From Paenibacillus thalictri (GTDB taxonomy: Bacteria; Bacillota; Bacilli; Paenibacillales; NBRC-103111), in the NCBI RefSeq assembly GCF_004307995.1, contig NZ_SIRE01000004.1, positions 403,309 to 467,308 of the forward strand: 64,000 nucleotides of DNA, written 5' to 3'. Position numbers and translations under genes: made by a program. Below, piece after piece: positions 22,401-31,447 of this stretch. Position 1 is the first letter of the stretch. Each line of letters begins with the position of its first letter. Under the pieces are notes generated by a model. That model was not told where the DNA came from. It saw only the letters and a list, made by a program, of their open reading frames with translations, and searched no databases.

Positions 22401-25400
22401 TTTGCCCGTCAAATACAACGAACCTCCGCCATTAACGTATTCGGCCACCGCCGTATTCTCCGCAGAGGTCAAATCGGATGCCGGGTGAGTAACTATCAAC
22501 ACCTTCACACCCTGCAAAACCGCGGCGCTAAGCGGCTGCTTGTTCTCAACGACCGTATAACCTTCCCGCTGCAGCGCGCTCGTAAGCAATTTGAAATTGT
22601 CCTTGTAAGTCGCATTGACACCGTCGGTCGTGGTGTTTTCATTGCCGTGCGAAGCATCAATCATAATCGTCATGTTCAGCTTCGCCTTAACAACCACCGC
22701 TTCTTCAAAGCGATTATCCGCCGGGTTATCTCCGTTTATCGGATTCAGTACGGCAATCAGTGTATGGTTCCCGGTAACCGGATTGTTCCAAATGACGCTG
22801 GCGGTGCCGACGGTTTTGGAGTTCAGCTTATCAATCGTTCCTGCGCCGATCAGATGAGCTTCATCCACCGCATCATAATAAAAATTCACTTTCAGGTTAC
22901 TTTGCGCCGTAGTGCCCATGTTGCTGACCCCGGCTTGCAAGCTGGCTGGCGTTCCGCTTACCATGGAGCCGCCGACAATGTCCAAACCGTTCACCTTGAC
23001 ATCGACTTCCGTATCCATCGTCCAGATCGGCGCGGAATACATTCTCTCTCCGTCCATTTGAGTCACGCGAACGATAAACCATTGGGAGCCGCCCGTAACG
23101 GTATAGCTCGGATTCCATGTAAAATCTTTCGTCATTGGAGCAGCGGAAGCAACGACGTTCCCTCCGTTGGTCACCAGCTCCACCTTGGCCACCCGGTCGT
23201 CGGACTTATAGTTCGCAGGCAGGTAGCTGTAATCCGCCATGGAACTTGATTCAGCCAGCGAATCGGAGCCTTTGACGGAAAATTGAAGTGTCTTCGAATC
23301 TACGGTCGATCCCATGTATTGACCGTTAGCCAGCACGTCCAAAGTAAAGTTCGGATCTTCGGTCATGTATACGCGATGTTTCTTCATCGAATCGAGCAAA
23401 GAGGCCTGGGACAGATCGCTGGCGACAATGACGGTCCGCTTGTTCGTTTGTCCCCAAGTGCCTTCGTGATTGTCTTCCCCGAATGTCGGAGCCACATGCC
23501 ACCCCAGATCCAACGCGGTAAAATATTTTTTCTCCGCATTCACATAACCGTAATGGCCCGATCCGTTCCCTACTTCAAACATCGTAAACAGCTTGTCGAC
23601 ATTTTTATCGTACGGTTTGAAATTGTTAAACGCATTGGCCGACATATCCGGGTGGTTGAACTGCGCCGCCACATTATCATAGGTCAGCACCCAGGAATAA
23701 TAGCTGTTCAGGTCTTGATACAGCCCGCCTTCCATTTTACGGTCAATAAAGTTGTCCGTACCAAATACGTTCGAATGGCCCCATGTCGTTGCCGTCATTT
23801 CAAAAGCCGGAAACACGGTAAACTGGCTGTTCGTATATTGGGCCGCGAGCTGCTTCGTCAACTGCCAATCGGCTCCGCCGGTACGCTCCGGTTTACCGTC
23901 ATGCTGTACCGTATCTTGGCCGATTTGTCCCGCATCGATGTCGTGGGAGTGGTCGGAAAAAGCAAACCAGTCATAATGATGCGCCTTCGCCGCCTTCAAT
24001 GCGTCCTCCGGCGTGCCTGCGGCATCATGGGAAATATTCGTATGGTTGTGTGTCGTGCCTCTGTAATGGTTGCCGCCGGTAAACGGCTGCACCACTTCAA
24101 AAGTCCACGAGCCCGAGCTTGGATTGCCTTTCATATCACCGGCCGTTACGGATACCGTATGAATGCCAAGCGCCAAGTCGGCAGGCGGCGTAAACTCCAC
24201 CTTTTTATCTGTTTTGGAAATAAACGCAGAGATCGTATTATCGTCGAGCTTCACTACGATCGAGTCTTGGTTAACACCGCTTGGGTCGTTCAGATCAAAA
24301 GAGATCGTCGGGCGATACGATTCCACCCGGGCGTCTTGAGCCGGAACCGTGTTCAAAATGGCCGGTCCTGTCGTGTCCTCAACCAAGCTAACCGAATAAG
24401 GAGCTGCGGCTGATCCGGCTGTTCTAACTGCCGAACCGACAAGCGGCGCCGCTTCGATATAATATTCGAATCCGCTTACCGGCACTTGTGCGGCGGAAAG
24501 CGTTGCAATGTAATTGCCTTGGTCACCGCTCATGGACAGCGGTACATAGGAGTTTGCTCCGATCGCCCGGTAGTACACTGCAGCGGATTTTGCGCCGCTG
24601 ATCGTTGCATTAAAAACCACGTCCGTATTAAAATACGCGCTGGTCATCGGTTCATGCTGAATGTCCAATGCCTGAACGATGTCGGCCGAGCTTCTGGGGA
24701 ATATTTGATAAAACTGATCGTACGGAGACGAGGTGTCATTTTGCCCGACAATACCGGTCACCGTATACGAATTTCCGATAATCAGCTCATCCTGCGCTTT
24801 GATGCCTGTCGTGTTGACAACACGAACGGTGATGCTTTTGCTTGTGCTATTCGTCTCCGTAAACGTGACGTTATAGGCGGTAGTGCCCGATGCCGCCACA
24901 CTGCCTACCCGGCCCGTCACGACGGCCAATTTGCCTTCTAACGGCTCGGCGCTGGCGAAGCTGCTAAGCTCGGTGACGCTTGTCTCTACCGGGGCCGGTA
25001 TAGGAGCTGTCCCCTTTTGGGCCATGGACACCGGTCTCAGCTCCGTTAACCCGCCGTAGAAGTCAAGTGTCCCTGTCACCTCAATCTCATCGCCGGGGGC
25101 CATAGTGAAGCTCGGCGCTTTACCGTAAAGATTGATACCGCCGCTTTCATCTTGGATAAAATAGCTGTTTGAACCTACAATGTTGTTGGCAACTGTGGCG
25201 ATCCCTTTCACGGTGACCGTCTGGCCCGTGCCGATCAGATATCCGTCCTGATCCACTGCTTTTACCGCAGCAATCGGGAGAGTCGATGAAGTGTCCAGCT
25301 TATCTGCACCCAGCGGTGCGCTCTCCAGGCTGCGTCCGTTAGCGCCGTACGTTTTTTGGGTCACGTAAATTTTGCTAGGCGGATTGCTGATTTTAAAAGA

Positions 25401-26543
25401 AAATGCCTTGCTGGCGTTCGACATCACGTATGTGCTGTTCGATACGGTATCGGTCAAAGGAACCGTAGCTCCCGCATCGGAATACACATACACCGGGGAG
25501 TTCGGCGCACTTGCCGTACCCACGATAGTCCCTGTGCTTGTCCCGTTCGCAAACAACGCCGCACCTCTCACGAGCGGGGCAGGCACTGCCGGATCGATTT
25601 TGACGGCCTTACTTGACAGCTTGCCGGTTACGGTAGCCGTAACATAAATCGATCTGCCACCGGTTACGGTGGCGCTAAACGATCCGTCCGCCGCCACATT
25701 CGCGGATACGTCGGCTGCTCCACCGGTTGAGCTGGAGTAATAAATGTCTACCCGCGCTCCAGGCGAAACGGAGTAAACCGCACCGGTTACTGACCCGTTA
25801 CTCAGCAGTTGGATACTGCTGCCGACAGGATCGGCCGTCTCCGGACTTGTACTGCTGTCTGCAGGTGTTGTTGCGATGATCGAGCTGTTCCGCGGAATTG
25901 GCGCCAGCAGTTCGAAATCGTTCTTATTCGCATCTGTGTCCAATCCGCTGCCTTTGGTCGAATTGCCTGACGTTCCGTCCTTAGCTTTTCGCACCGCAGC
26001 TGTCGTAGCGCTTAAATCGCCGGTAGGCTGGCCTTCAGATTCGCTTGCGGCCGTACCGAAGCCGACAAAGTCAACGACACTGGCATCGGATTTGCCGGAA
26101 ATAGCCGTTATTTTGCTTTTAACCAAAGCAACTTTTCCCGCTCCGGCCGCCATATTAATGGTCCCTGTATCATCGGGGGAATCAAGTGCCGTGGTCCCCC
26201 CGCTTCCTGCCGCTTCTTGAATCAAATAATATCCGTGAGGTTTGATTTTGTTTTTCAAAGGGGTAGCCGACCAGCTTGTCCCGGCGGATGATGCATATTG
26301 AACCGACCATCCCGACAAATCGATCTCGTTGTTTGTTGGATTATACAGTTCAATAAAATCGTTTTTGTAGGTCGACCCTGAATTGCCGCCGCCCCCGAAC
26401 ACCTGGCTGATAACCACTTCGTCATCCGTCGTTTTTGCACTTACCTTTACCGCAGCCCCAAACGGCATGAGTATGCCGCAGAGCAGCGAAGCGACAAGAA
26501 CTTGACTGACCCATTTCTTGTTACTTTTTAACCACTGATTCAC
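19491..26543 (-). CDS. Giant S-layer-homology surface protein (2350 aa): signal peptide, lamin-tail domain, PHP-like metallo-phosphoesterase module, cadherin-like beta-sandwich, 3 C-terminal SLH repeats
   Basis: Lamin-tail-like block VVISQVFGGGGNSGSTYKNDFIELYNPTNNEIDLSGWSVQYASS. PHP/CehA-like His cluster GTTHNHTNISHDAAG...FAFSDHSHD. Cadherin-like block DLKVDGIGFSFSPATTDYSLSV. SLH repeats NLSDIAGHWAEQNIRELIKAGAIEGYPDNSFGPDRTITRAEFAAILVKAF repeated three times at the C-terminus. Confidence 0.8.
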   Translation of the reverse strand: MNQWLKSNKKWVSQVLVASLLCGILMPFGAAVKVSAKTTDDEVVISQVFGGGGNSGSTYKNDFIELYNPTNNEIDLSGWSVQYASSAGTSWSATPLKNKIKPHGYYLIQEAAGSGGTTALDSPDDTGTINMAAGAGKVALVKSKITAISGKSDASVVDFVGFGTAASESEGQPTGDLSATTAAVRKAKDGTSGNSTKGSGLDTDANKNDFELLAPIPRNSSIIATTPADSSTSPETADPVGSSIQLLSNGSVTGAVYSVSPGARVDIYYSSSTGGAADVSANVAADGSFSATVTGGRSIYVTATVTGKLSSKAVKIDPAVPAPLVRGAALFANGTSTGTIVGTASAPNSPVYVYSDAGATVPLTDTVSNSTYVMSNASKAFSFKISNPPSKIYVTQKTYGANGRSLESAPLGADKLDTSSTLPIAAVKAVDQDGYLIGTGQTVTVKGIATVANNIVGSNSYFIQDESGGINLYGKAPSFTMAPGDEIEVTGTLDFYGGLTELRPVSMAQKGTAPIPAPVETSVTELSSFASAEPLEGKLAVVTGRVGSVAASGTTAYNVTFTETNSTSKSITVRVVNTTGIKAQDELIIGNSYTVTGIVGQNDTSSPYDQFYQIFPRSSADIVQALDIQHEPMTSAYFNTDVVFNATISGAKSAAVYYRAIGANSYVPLSMSGDQGNYIATLSAAQVPVSGFEYYIEAAPLVGSAVRTAGSAAAPYSVSLVEDTTGPAILNTVPAQDARVESYRPTISFDLNDPSGVNQDSIVVKLDDNTISAFISKTDKKVEFTPPADLALGIHTVSVTAGDMKGNPSSGSWTFEVVQPFTGGNHYRGTTHNHTNISHDAAGTPEDALKAAKAHHYDWFAFSDHSHDIDAGQIGQDTVQHDGKPERTGGADWQLTKQLAAQYTNSQFTVFPAFEMTATTWGHSNVFGTDNFIDRKMEGGLYQDLNSYYSWVLTYDNVAAQFNHPDMSANAFNNFKPYDKNVDKLFTMFEVGNGSGHYGYVNAEKKYFTALDLGWHVAPTFGEDNHEGTWGQTNKRTVIVASDLSQASLLDSMKKHRVYMTEDPNFTLDVLANGQYMGSTVDSKTLQFSVKGSDSLAESSSMADYSYLPANYKSDDRVAKVELVTNGGNVVASAAPMTKDFTWNPSYTVTGGSQWFIVRVTQMDGERMYSAPIWTMDTEVDVKVNGLDIVGGSMVSGTPASLQAGVSNMGTTAQSNLKVNFYYDAVDEAHLIGAGTIDKLNSKTVGTASVIWNNPVTGNHTLIAVLNPINGDNPADNRFEEAVVVKAKLNMTIMIDASHGNENTTTDGVNATYKDNFKLLTSALQREGYTVVENKQPLSAAVLQGVKVLIVTHPASDLTSAENTAVAEYVNGGGSLYLTGKSNFNVDPTINNDLLVAMGSTIQIANDGIFDESKEGNFFSDTKKYNFAIRLHPELVANYLTDRISELEYYSGSSLEKVGHQPLTDSSTVTLIAKGNETTFQSNIKGGSYVYDNVNDTTGGSVIPAIATEKIGSGKLFVAGMNLLNDQQLDDVNSGNDEFAINVFNWLAGRGTVVSTIADARKLPEGADAVVEGTVTTPAGNFFDAFYLQDATGGIMAFKEVPEKSLELGDKARVYGHIKTFENNLELEYNTFDTDVVKLGQSAPVQPKAISTGEAGLDANQGLLVKVKGQVLSQYDDNSYVIDDGSGAVLVFTDGYVINETNVPVPVLAAGDIYEAVGLLGKFADGTRIRVRDTRELSGAAGNSTKLKDLKVDGIGFSFSPATTDYSLSVGNGVASTTVTAVPDNAQAVIEINGEAASSKQIVLAEGVNTITIKVQVQGDYKIYRLQMTRAAAQTVTGTPVQLTTAPVSLNVPEGVVNASMQVVPVTEGDSKQATLPLVEVKAATSLGNIGMNIPSGVKVTAPANWDGVIKLPAVQPNSSVAVSSGVVAAVIEVGVPDMTLTFDKAVRLLVPNQAGKAAGFVKNRVFTPIKDRVSQDTQEAADREIVDGGEAMIEVGSDLVIWTKHFTQFVSYTQVVYTSSNSSSNSGASAISGTLVSGVNGGTVTDQGVKIVIPAGASKNDIRITVAKVTGFDDLTKYAPGSFISEVFDINKDQTDVFTQKVTVSLPADLSKINPAKSDVAVYWFDETAMKWNALADSSVDTAQAVVTGTVDHFGKFAVLTVEKQVSGTTPATPSAELNLSDIAGHWAEQNIRELIKAGAIEGYPDNSFGPDRTITRAEFAAILVKAFKLQEKSGTVFADTQSHWARKYIETAAAYEIISGYSDSSFGPDDRITREQMAAMTVRAAKLPSTTGTNAYTDSSAISDWAKAAVGSAAASHVVDGYPDGTFKPKANATRAEAVSVIVKTMKP

Positions 26544-26838
26544 TTTTTAATCTCCTCTCAATTGCTAAAGATGAACGGTTTGCCCAAGCAGATAAATTCC
26601 GTTTATCTCTCCTCCCCCAGTTAGTAGCTTCATGGTGACATCTTAATTTAGCATGCGTTTGTAAATTCACATGCAGTGTTATGCTTAGATTTCGTGAAGA
26701 TAAGGTTGAATAATTGACATTCCGATTACAGCCGGTTAATACTCCGAGTGATATTTGCACGTATAATTAGGCCTGTCTGCGGCCGAATTGCAGTCCAGAC
26801 ATGCACTTATAATTATGATAAAAGGAATGGTAATCTAC

Positions 26839-28164
26839 ATGAGACGTACTTCTTTGCCGACACCATCTGCCTTCAAGCTCCTAACCGCATGTTTTCGGCT
26901 GTTTGCTGCAGCGGTTTTATTAACCGTTGCGCTTTTGCCGGGACAAGCAGACGCCCATGCGCTTAGCGTAAGTTACACGAAAATCACTTTTTTGCCAAAG
27001 GAAACGAAACTGGTATTCTCTTTGGACACATTATCCGTGCTGGAAGGAATGGATCTTGATGCCAATAAAGACGGCAAACTCGACGAGAAAGAGTTGGAGA
27101 GCGGACGCCACCGCGTAGAGGAATGGATCGACGATTCCGTCGTGCTGGAGGCGGACGGCCGCGATCAGGAGGGCAAGCTGGAAAATATGCGAATTGAGAA
27201 GAAAAACGACAAAGAATTCGTCAGCTTCGAAATCAGTTACCCTGCTTTTCAACCCGGTCAGACGGTCAGCTTAAACGACGGGCTTTATTATGGAGACGCT
27301 ACAACCACCTACACCAACTTCTTGACGGCTCAGGTCGGAAGCCAGCTCAGTCAGGCGATCCTTCAGGGAAAACAACGCTTATGGACGATGCTGCTGACGG
27401 AGGACCAGCAAGAGCAGGAGCGGTCACAGACCGCCGTAGGGAAAGCTTCGGGGCAGCCGGGCAATATGAGCGGAGCAGGCGGTATAGCTGACAAACAAGG
27501 CATTTCCGGCGGCACGCCTGCTTTGGCGGGTGGCTCAGCAGTGCCGGCCGGAGCCGGCCAAGCGCAGAAAACCGCGCAACCGCATGCCGCCGCGGAAGCG
27601 GTTGTGTCCCAGTCGAATGATACCGCGTGGTTTGCCTTCTTCAAACTAGGGATCATGCACATTTTATCCGGTTACGATCACTTGCTGTTTTTGTTCGCTT
27701 TGCTTATCCGCAAGCAGAAGTTCAAGGAATACGCTGCCGTCATCACCGCATTTACAATTGCTCACAGCATCACACTGACGCTGGCTGTGCTGGATATCGT
27801 CAGCTTGCCTTCCCGTCTTGTTGAATCGGCGATCGCGCTTAGTATTTGTTATGTAGCGCTGGAGAACATCTTCCGCAAAGAGATCCGTTACCGCTGGACC
27901 ATAACCTTTTTGTTCGGACTGGTGCACGGCATTGGTTTTGCCGACATCCTTCAAGAGATGGAGTTGCCGAAATCGCGGATTGCCGTCGATTTGATCAGCT
28001 TTAATCTGGGCATCGAAGCGGTGCAGTTGGCGCTGCTGATCGTGCTGCTTCCCCTGCTCGCCCAATTGCAAAAGCTGCGGCCATATCCGCGTGCCGTTCA
28101 TTACGGCTCTTACCTTATCGTAGCGCTTGGCGGAGTCTGGCTCGTGGAGCGGCTGTTCTTTTAA
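26839..28164 (+). CDS. HupE/UreJ-family membrane protein with an extended N-terminal extracytoplasmic domain (start re-assigned to ATG 26839)
   Basis: C-terminal TM block HILSGYDHLLFLFALL...TIAHSITL...LFGLVHGIGFA matches the HupE/UreJ_2 His-rich TM pattern. N-terminus MRRTSLPTPSAFKLLTACFRLFAAAVLLTVALLPGQADA is a signal peptide. Confidence 0.65.
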   Translation: MRRTSLPTPSAFKLLTACFRLFAAAVLLTVALLPGQADAHALSVSYTKITFLPKETKLVFSLDTLSVLEGMDLDANKDGKLDEKELESGRHRVEEWIDDSVVLEADGRDQEGKLENMRIEKKNDKEFVSFEISYPAFQPGQTVSLNDGLYYGDATTTYTNFLTAQVGSQLSQAILQGKQRLWTMLLTEDQQEQERSQTAVGKASGQPGNMSGAGGIADKQGISGGTPALAGGSAVPAGAGQAQKTAQPHAAAEAVVSQSNDTAWFAFFKLGIMHILSGYDHLLFLFALLIRKQKFKEYAAVITAFTIAHSITLTLAVLDIVSLPSRLVESAIALSICYVALENIFRKEIRYRWTITFLFGLVHGIGFADILQEMELPKSRIAVDLISFNLGIEAVQLALLIVLLPLLAQLQKLRPYPRAVHYGSYLIVALGGVWLVERLFF

Positions 28165-28273
28165 TTTTGCCCCGCCATGCCAGCTTCAGGTCTCTACCTT
28201 CATCACCGCTTCCCCGGCAGCGACTGGCGGATTTGCTCTGGCACACGTTCGGTTGCATCGTATAAACAATCAA

Positions 28274-28308
28274 AAGCGTATATCGATTTAATTCGATTAC
28301 GCTTTTTT
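28274..28308 (+). terminator. Rho-independent terminator after the HupE/UreJ gene
   Basis: AAGCGTA...TACGCTT stem with internal palindrome followed by TTTTTT. Confidence 0.5.
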
Positions 28309-28457
28309 ACATGGGCATTTTATCATTATCAACATAATCGGATCGCTCTTCGGCCCGCCTAACTTTCTTAAAGCTGCTTCAGAAAGAAGAATATGACAGA
28401 GTTAATCCCAGTTATTGTATAATTATGACAAACCTACTATAACGGAGGGGAATGCGG

Positions 28458-28973
28458 TTGAAAAGAGAAGCTGTTATCGATGCAACCGGAACGTACCGCT
28501 ATTTATTGCGGCGAGAATGGGATTCCGCCAAACCAAAGGCGTTGTGGATTATGCTGAATCCAAGCACGGCCGATCACGAGGAAGACGATCCTACGATTAA
28601 GGCTTGTACCCGATTTTCTCTAGGCTGGGGTTACGGCTCATTTGAGGTCGTTAATCTTTTTGCTTATCGGGCAACCCATCCGTCCGAATTAAAAAAAATC
28701 GAGAAACCTATTGCCATAGGAGCGGAAAATGGCGCATTCGTTCGCGAAGCGTTAGCAAAGGCGGATGTAATTGTAGCCGCTTGGGGTGCCCATGGTAAAA
28801 TCCACAAGAGAAATCAAGACATGCACTTCATCTCGTTAATTGACAAATACGAGTTAAAGTGCCTGGACATTTTAACTTACGGAGATCCCCGCCATCCTCT
28901 GTACGTCAGCGCGGATACCCTGCTTCGAGAGTTTAAGCCGCAGGGCATGCTTCGCTACCCTTTTACAAGTTAA
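28458..28973 (+). CDS. DUF1643-family protein (start probably TTG 28458)
   Basis: Motif ALWIMLNPSTAD and overall ~170 aa size typical of DUF1643. GGAGGGG RBS 7 nt before the TTG. TATAAT -10 box at about 28405. Confidence 0.55.
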   Translation: MKREAVIDATGTYRYLLRREWDSAKPKALWIMLNPSTADHEEDDPTIKACTRFSLGWGYGSFEVVNLFAYRATHPSELKKIEKPIAIGAENGAFVREALAKADVIVAAWGAHGKIHKRNQDMHFISLIDKYELKCLDILTYGDPRHPLYVSADTLLREFKPQGMLRYPFTS

Positions 28974-29141
28974 ATAATCAATGGCATCAACCATTAGATT
29001 GGTTTTGCATAACCGCGGCAGATTCAGTCAGTAAACAGTGGATCGATTATCCCTCGACGTCATCTCGCTAGTCCCATTCTCCAACAGGTTCATCTGTTCG
29101 ATGCCATTAAATGAGACCGCTTTAACCGGTGCCCCTTCTCT

Positions 29142-29849
29142 CTAGCAACGTACATGTTTGCGTTTAAATCCTAGCGCCTGCTTATCAACCGCCTTTTGAA
29201 TACGTTCGGAAGCAAGCAGAAAACTGCTCCTTTTCTTATCCCGATTAACTTCCACAGCACCTACCTCTTTGGCGATCTCAACCGCTTTATTATGGAGCGG
29301 CAGATAGGATACCCCCACTGTATATATAAAATTATTCATAGAATACTTTGTCCGATCGGGAGCATCGTGGATCGTATTTTTCACCAATTCAAGCATACTC
29401 GCTATTTTACTTTCGGAAAATTCATCGTCCGGGCGATTCCCCAAAAGCCAGCAATAGCAACTCCAACCCGCCGACATTCTCAACTCTTCGCCGCTGGCGA
29501 TCCACTTATCCGCTACTTCTTGCGCGATATCCGCTTCTGCCAAAGTTACCGCAACCACAAAGTCGGACAGCATATAAAAATAAGCCCCATCCATCCAACG
29601 TTCAAAATCGGCTTCAGTCATCGCCTTGGGATCTGCAATCATTCCGGCAAAATACATGGCATCGTAGTTCCCTGTAGCGTATAGCTGTTCTGCTAAAGGC
29701 TGGTTTATTTTTGCTTTTTTTAAAATCGGCTTCATTTCGCCTGTAGCCACGCCAAAAACCGGTTCATGCGCACCATTGGACATGTAAATCTTCTTGGTTC
29801 GTTCCTTGCCGAGCGCTTCCAACTCCTGCATAACCATTTCAAAATTCAA
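29142..29849 (-). CDS. DNA alkylation repair protein (AlkD-like HEAT-repeat glycosylase family)
   Basis: 235 aa all-alpha protein with the DNA_alkylation family pattern (KKIYMSNGAHEPVFGV...ILKKAK...DFERW). Confidence 0.55.
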   Translation of the reverse strand: MNFEMVMQELEALGKERTKKIYMSNGAHEPVFGVATGEMKPILKKAKINQPLAEQLYATGNYDAMYFAGMIADPKAMTEADFERWMDGAYFYMLSDFVVAVTLAEADIAQEVADKWIASGEELRMSAGWSCYCWLLGNRPDDEFSESKIASMLELVKNTIHDAPDRTKYSMNNFIYTVGVSYLPLHNKAVEIAKEVGAVEVNRDKKRSSFLLASERIQKAVDKQALGFKRKHVRC

Positions 29850-30099
29850 TGTGTACCACTTCCTTTTTACAGAGTTGATTCCGGACTATCCAGATTGCCG
29901 GTTTATGGTTGACCGCTGGGCCTTTTTGATTGTATCGGCTTTATGGTGCGTTTGTTCAAGGTAATTATGACCACTTTATGCCATGAGGATGCATATATTT
30001 ATAGAAACTTCCGTTTTCGTGTGACGATTCAAGAGAAACCCTTTCCCTGATCAAAAAAGAACCGTCGCTTAAACCCACTACAGTTCACATACAATCACT

Positions 30100-30375
30100 T
30101 TACTCTCCTTCCATAATATCCAATACTTGACGCGTAAAATCGAACTTTTCATCCTCCGACTTGGCATATCCGTAATGACTAAAGATATCCACTATCACTT
30201 TTTTTCCTAATGGATCTTGACCCAATGAAATGAATGCATCTTGAATTTTTTGCTTCCAAGCCGGATCCATATCAGGCCGCACGACAATCGTATCATTCGG
30301 CAGCTTATCGGTCATCGCAATATAAAATAGTTCGCTCAATAACCATGCTCGACCTTTCATCTTATGAATCTTCAT
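30100..30375 (-). pseudogene. C-terminal fragment of a PhnD/SsuA-type ABC substrate-binding protein (truncated remnant)
   Basis: 91-aa ORF resembling only the last ~80 residues of phosphonate/phosphite-binding proteins (TIVVRPDMDPAWKQKIQDAFISLGQDPLGKKV). No upstream remainder and an AT-rich surrounding. Confidence 0.35.
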
Positions 30376-30533
30376 AATAAACCTCTCATTCTTTTTAATA
30401 TTCCAACCGAAGTTTCCTACTAATGAACACTGGCAGCCTCAGCACGCCAATCTGGTAATTTATGTTGTTCTGTACATTGACCTCGTTATCCTGCACCCCA
30501 TCCAATGAGCACACCAATCAATTTCCCTTTTTG

Positions 30534-30563
30534 AAAACAAAACCCGCCAATAAGGCGGGCTTC
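30534..30563 (-). terminator. Rho-independent terminator (minus sense GCCCGCCTTATTGGCGGGTTTTGTTTTC)
   Basis: 7-bp GC stem plus T-run on the minus strand, downstream of the 115-aa gene. Confidence 0.5.
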
Positions 30564-30599
30564 TAATGACATGATACCTCTACAAAATCATTCATAATA

Positions 30600-30690
30600 A
30601 AAGCAAATAAACTCAAGCGCCAACTCGAGAAACCCGACATTTGAGTTTGTTAATCACATAAATATTACATGGATAACGTCTGGGCTACCA
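30600..30690 (+). repeat. Copy 1 of an ~85-90 bp imperfect direct repeat (AAATAAACTCAAGCG...TTTGAGTTT(G/T)TTAAT...ATAAATATTAC..TGGATAACG)
   Basis: Aligned by eye to 33229-33318. Shared blocks include a hairpin AAACTCAA...TTGAGTTT. Confidence 0.6.
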
Positions 30691-30860
30691 ACAGCTACGT
30701 ACTTCCGAGATCTCCCGGCGGGCCCGAACCTTTCACTAGATAATGCTCCCAGCACGATGTCACAGATACGCCGATCAATAAAGTCGTTGCGTGCTGCCAA
30801 CCGTACCGAAAAGCACTCCGCCGAAACGGCGAAGCGCTTAACAACCTTAACAACTACCCT

Positions 30861-31208
30861 TTACTTCTTCTCGACTTGCAGCAAGGTCACATTTTTCACA
30901 GAATAGGTGTCCTTCAGTTTTTCTTCCGAGATGACGTTTAGCTTGACTAAACTCGCCACCTTGGAGGCGTCCGCCTTGGAGATCATACGCCACACTTCGG
31001 AGTCGGGCAGCGCCTGGTACAGCTTGCTGTCGTCATATTCCTTCCGCTCCTGAAGCACAAGCTTCACCCTGTAGCTCCCCGCTTCGAATTCCGACACTTC
31101 CCGCTCCTCACAATGACTTAAGATCTCGCCGCGCAGCTCGGACAGCTCTTGTTCTATTTCTTTGTGCTTTTGCTTCAGGTCATAATAACGCTTCACTTTC
31201 TTCTCCAT
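30861..31208 (-). CDS. Hypothetical protein (115 aa, charged/coiled-coil)
   Basis: Clean ORF with Lys/Glu-rich composition; no recognisable motif. Confidence 0.4.
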   Translation of the reverse strand: MEKKVKRYYDLKQKHKEIEQELSELRGEILSHCEEREVSEFEAGSYRVKLVLQERKEYDDSKLYQALPDSEVWRMISKADASKVASLVKLNVISEEKLKDTYSVKNVTLLQVEKK

Positions 31209-31447
31209 ATTTCTCTTCTCACGCTCCTCTCTCCAACATGTTTATGCAGGAGAGCCCAGTTTAAGACAGAATGGAGCACAGACGACAGATAAGGCTTTAC
31301 AGACATAAGGTTACTATGTTTTCTCCAAAATGAGAAAATAGGATAAAGCTCGGTCAGTTTTCCATGACAAAAGCTTTATCCCCTATCATACAAACGCGAT
31401 TATTCCGCTTCTAGCGAGATCCTGTTTTCCATACCCTTCCGAGTTTC

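Noticed and set aside
21063-24413. Three long plus-strand ORFs (364, 361, 376 aa) listed inside the SLH giant gene
   Set aside because: Antisense to a strongly supported 2350-aa minus-strand gene. Arg/His/Cys-rich low-complexity translations typical of GC-rich antisense frames; no RBS, no motifs.
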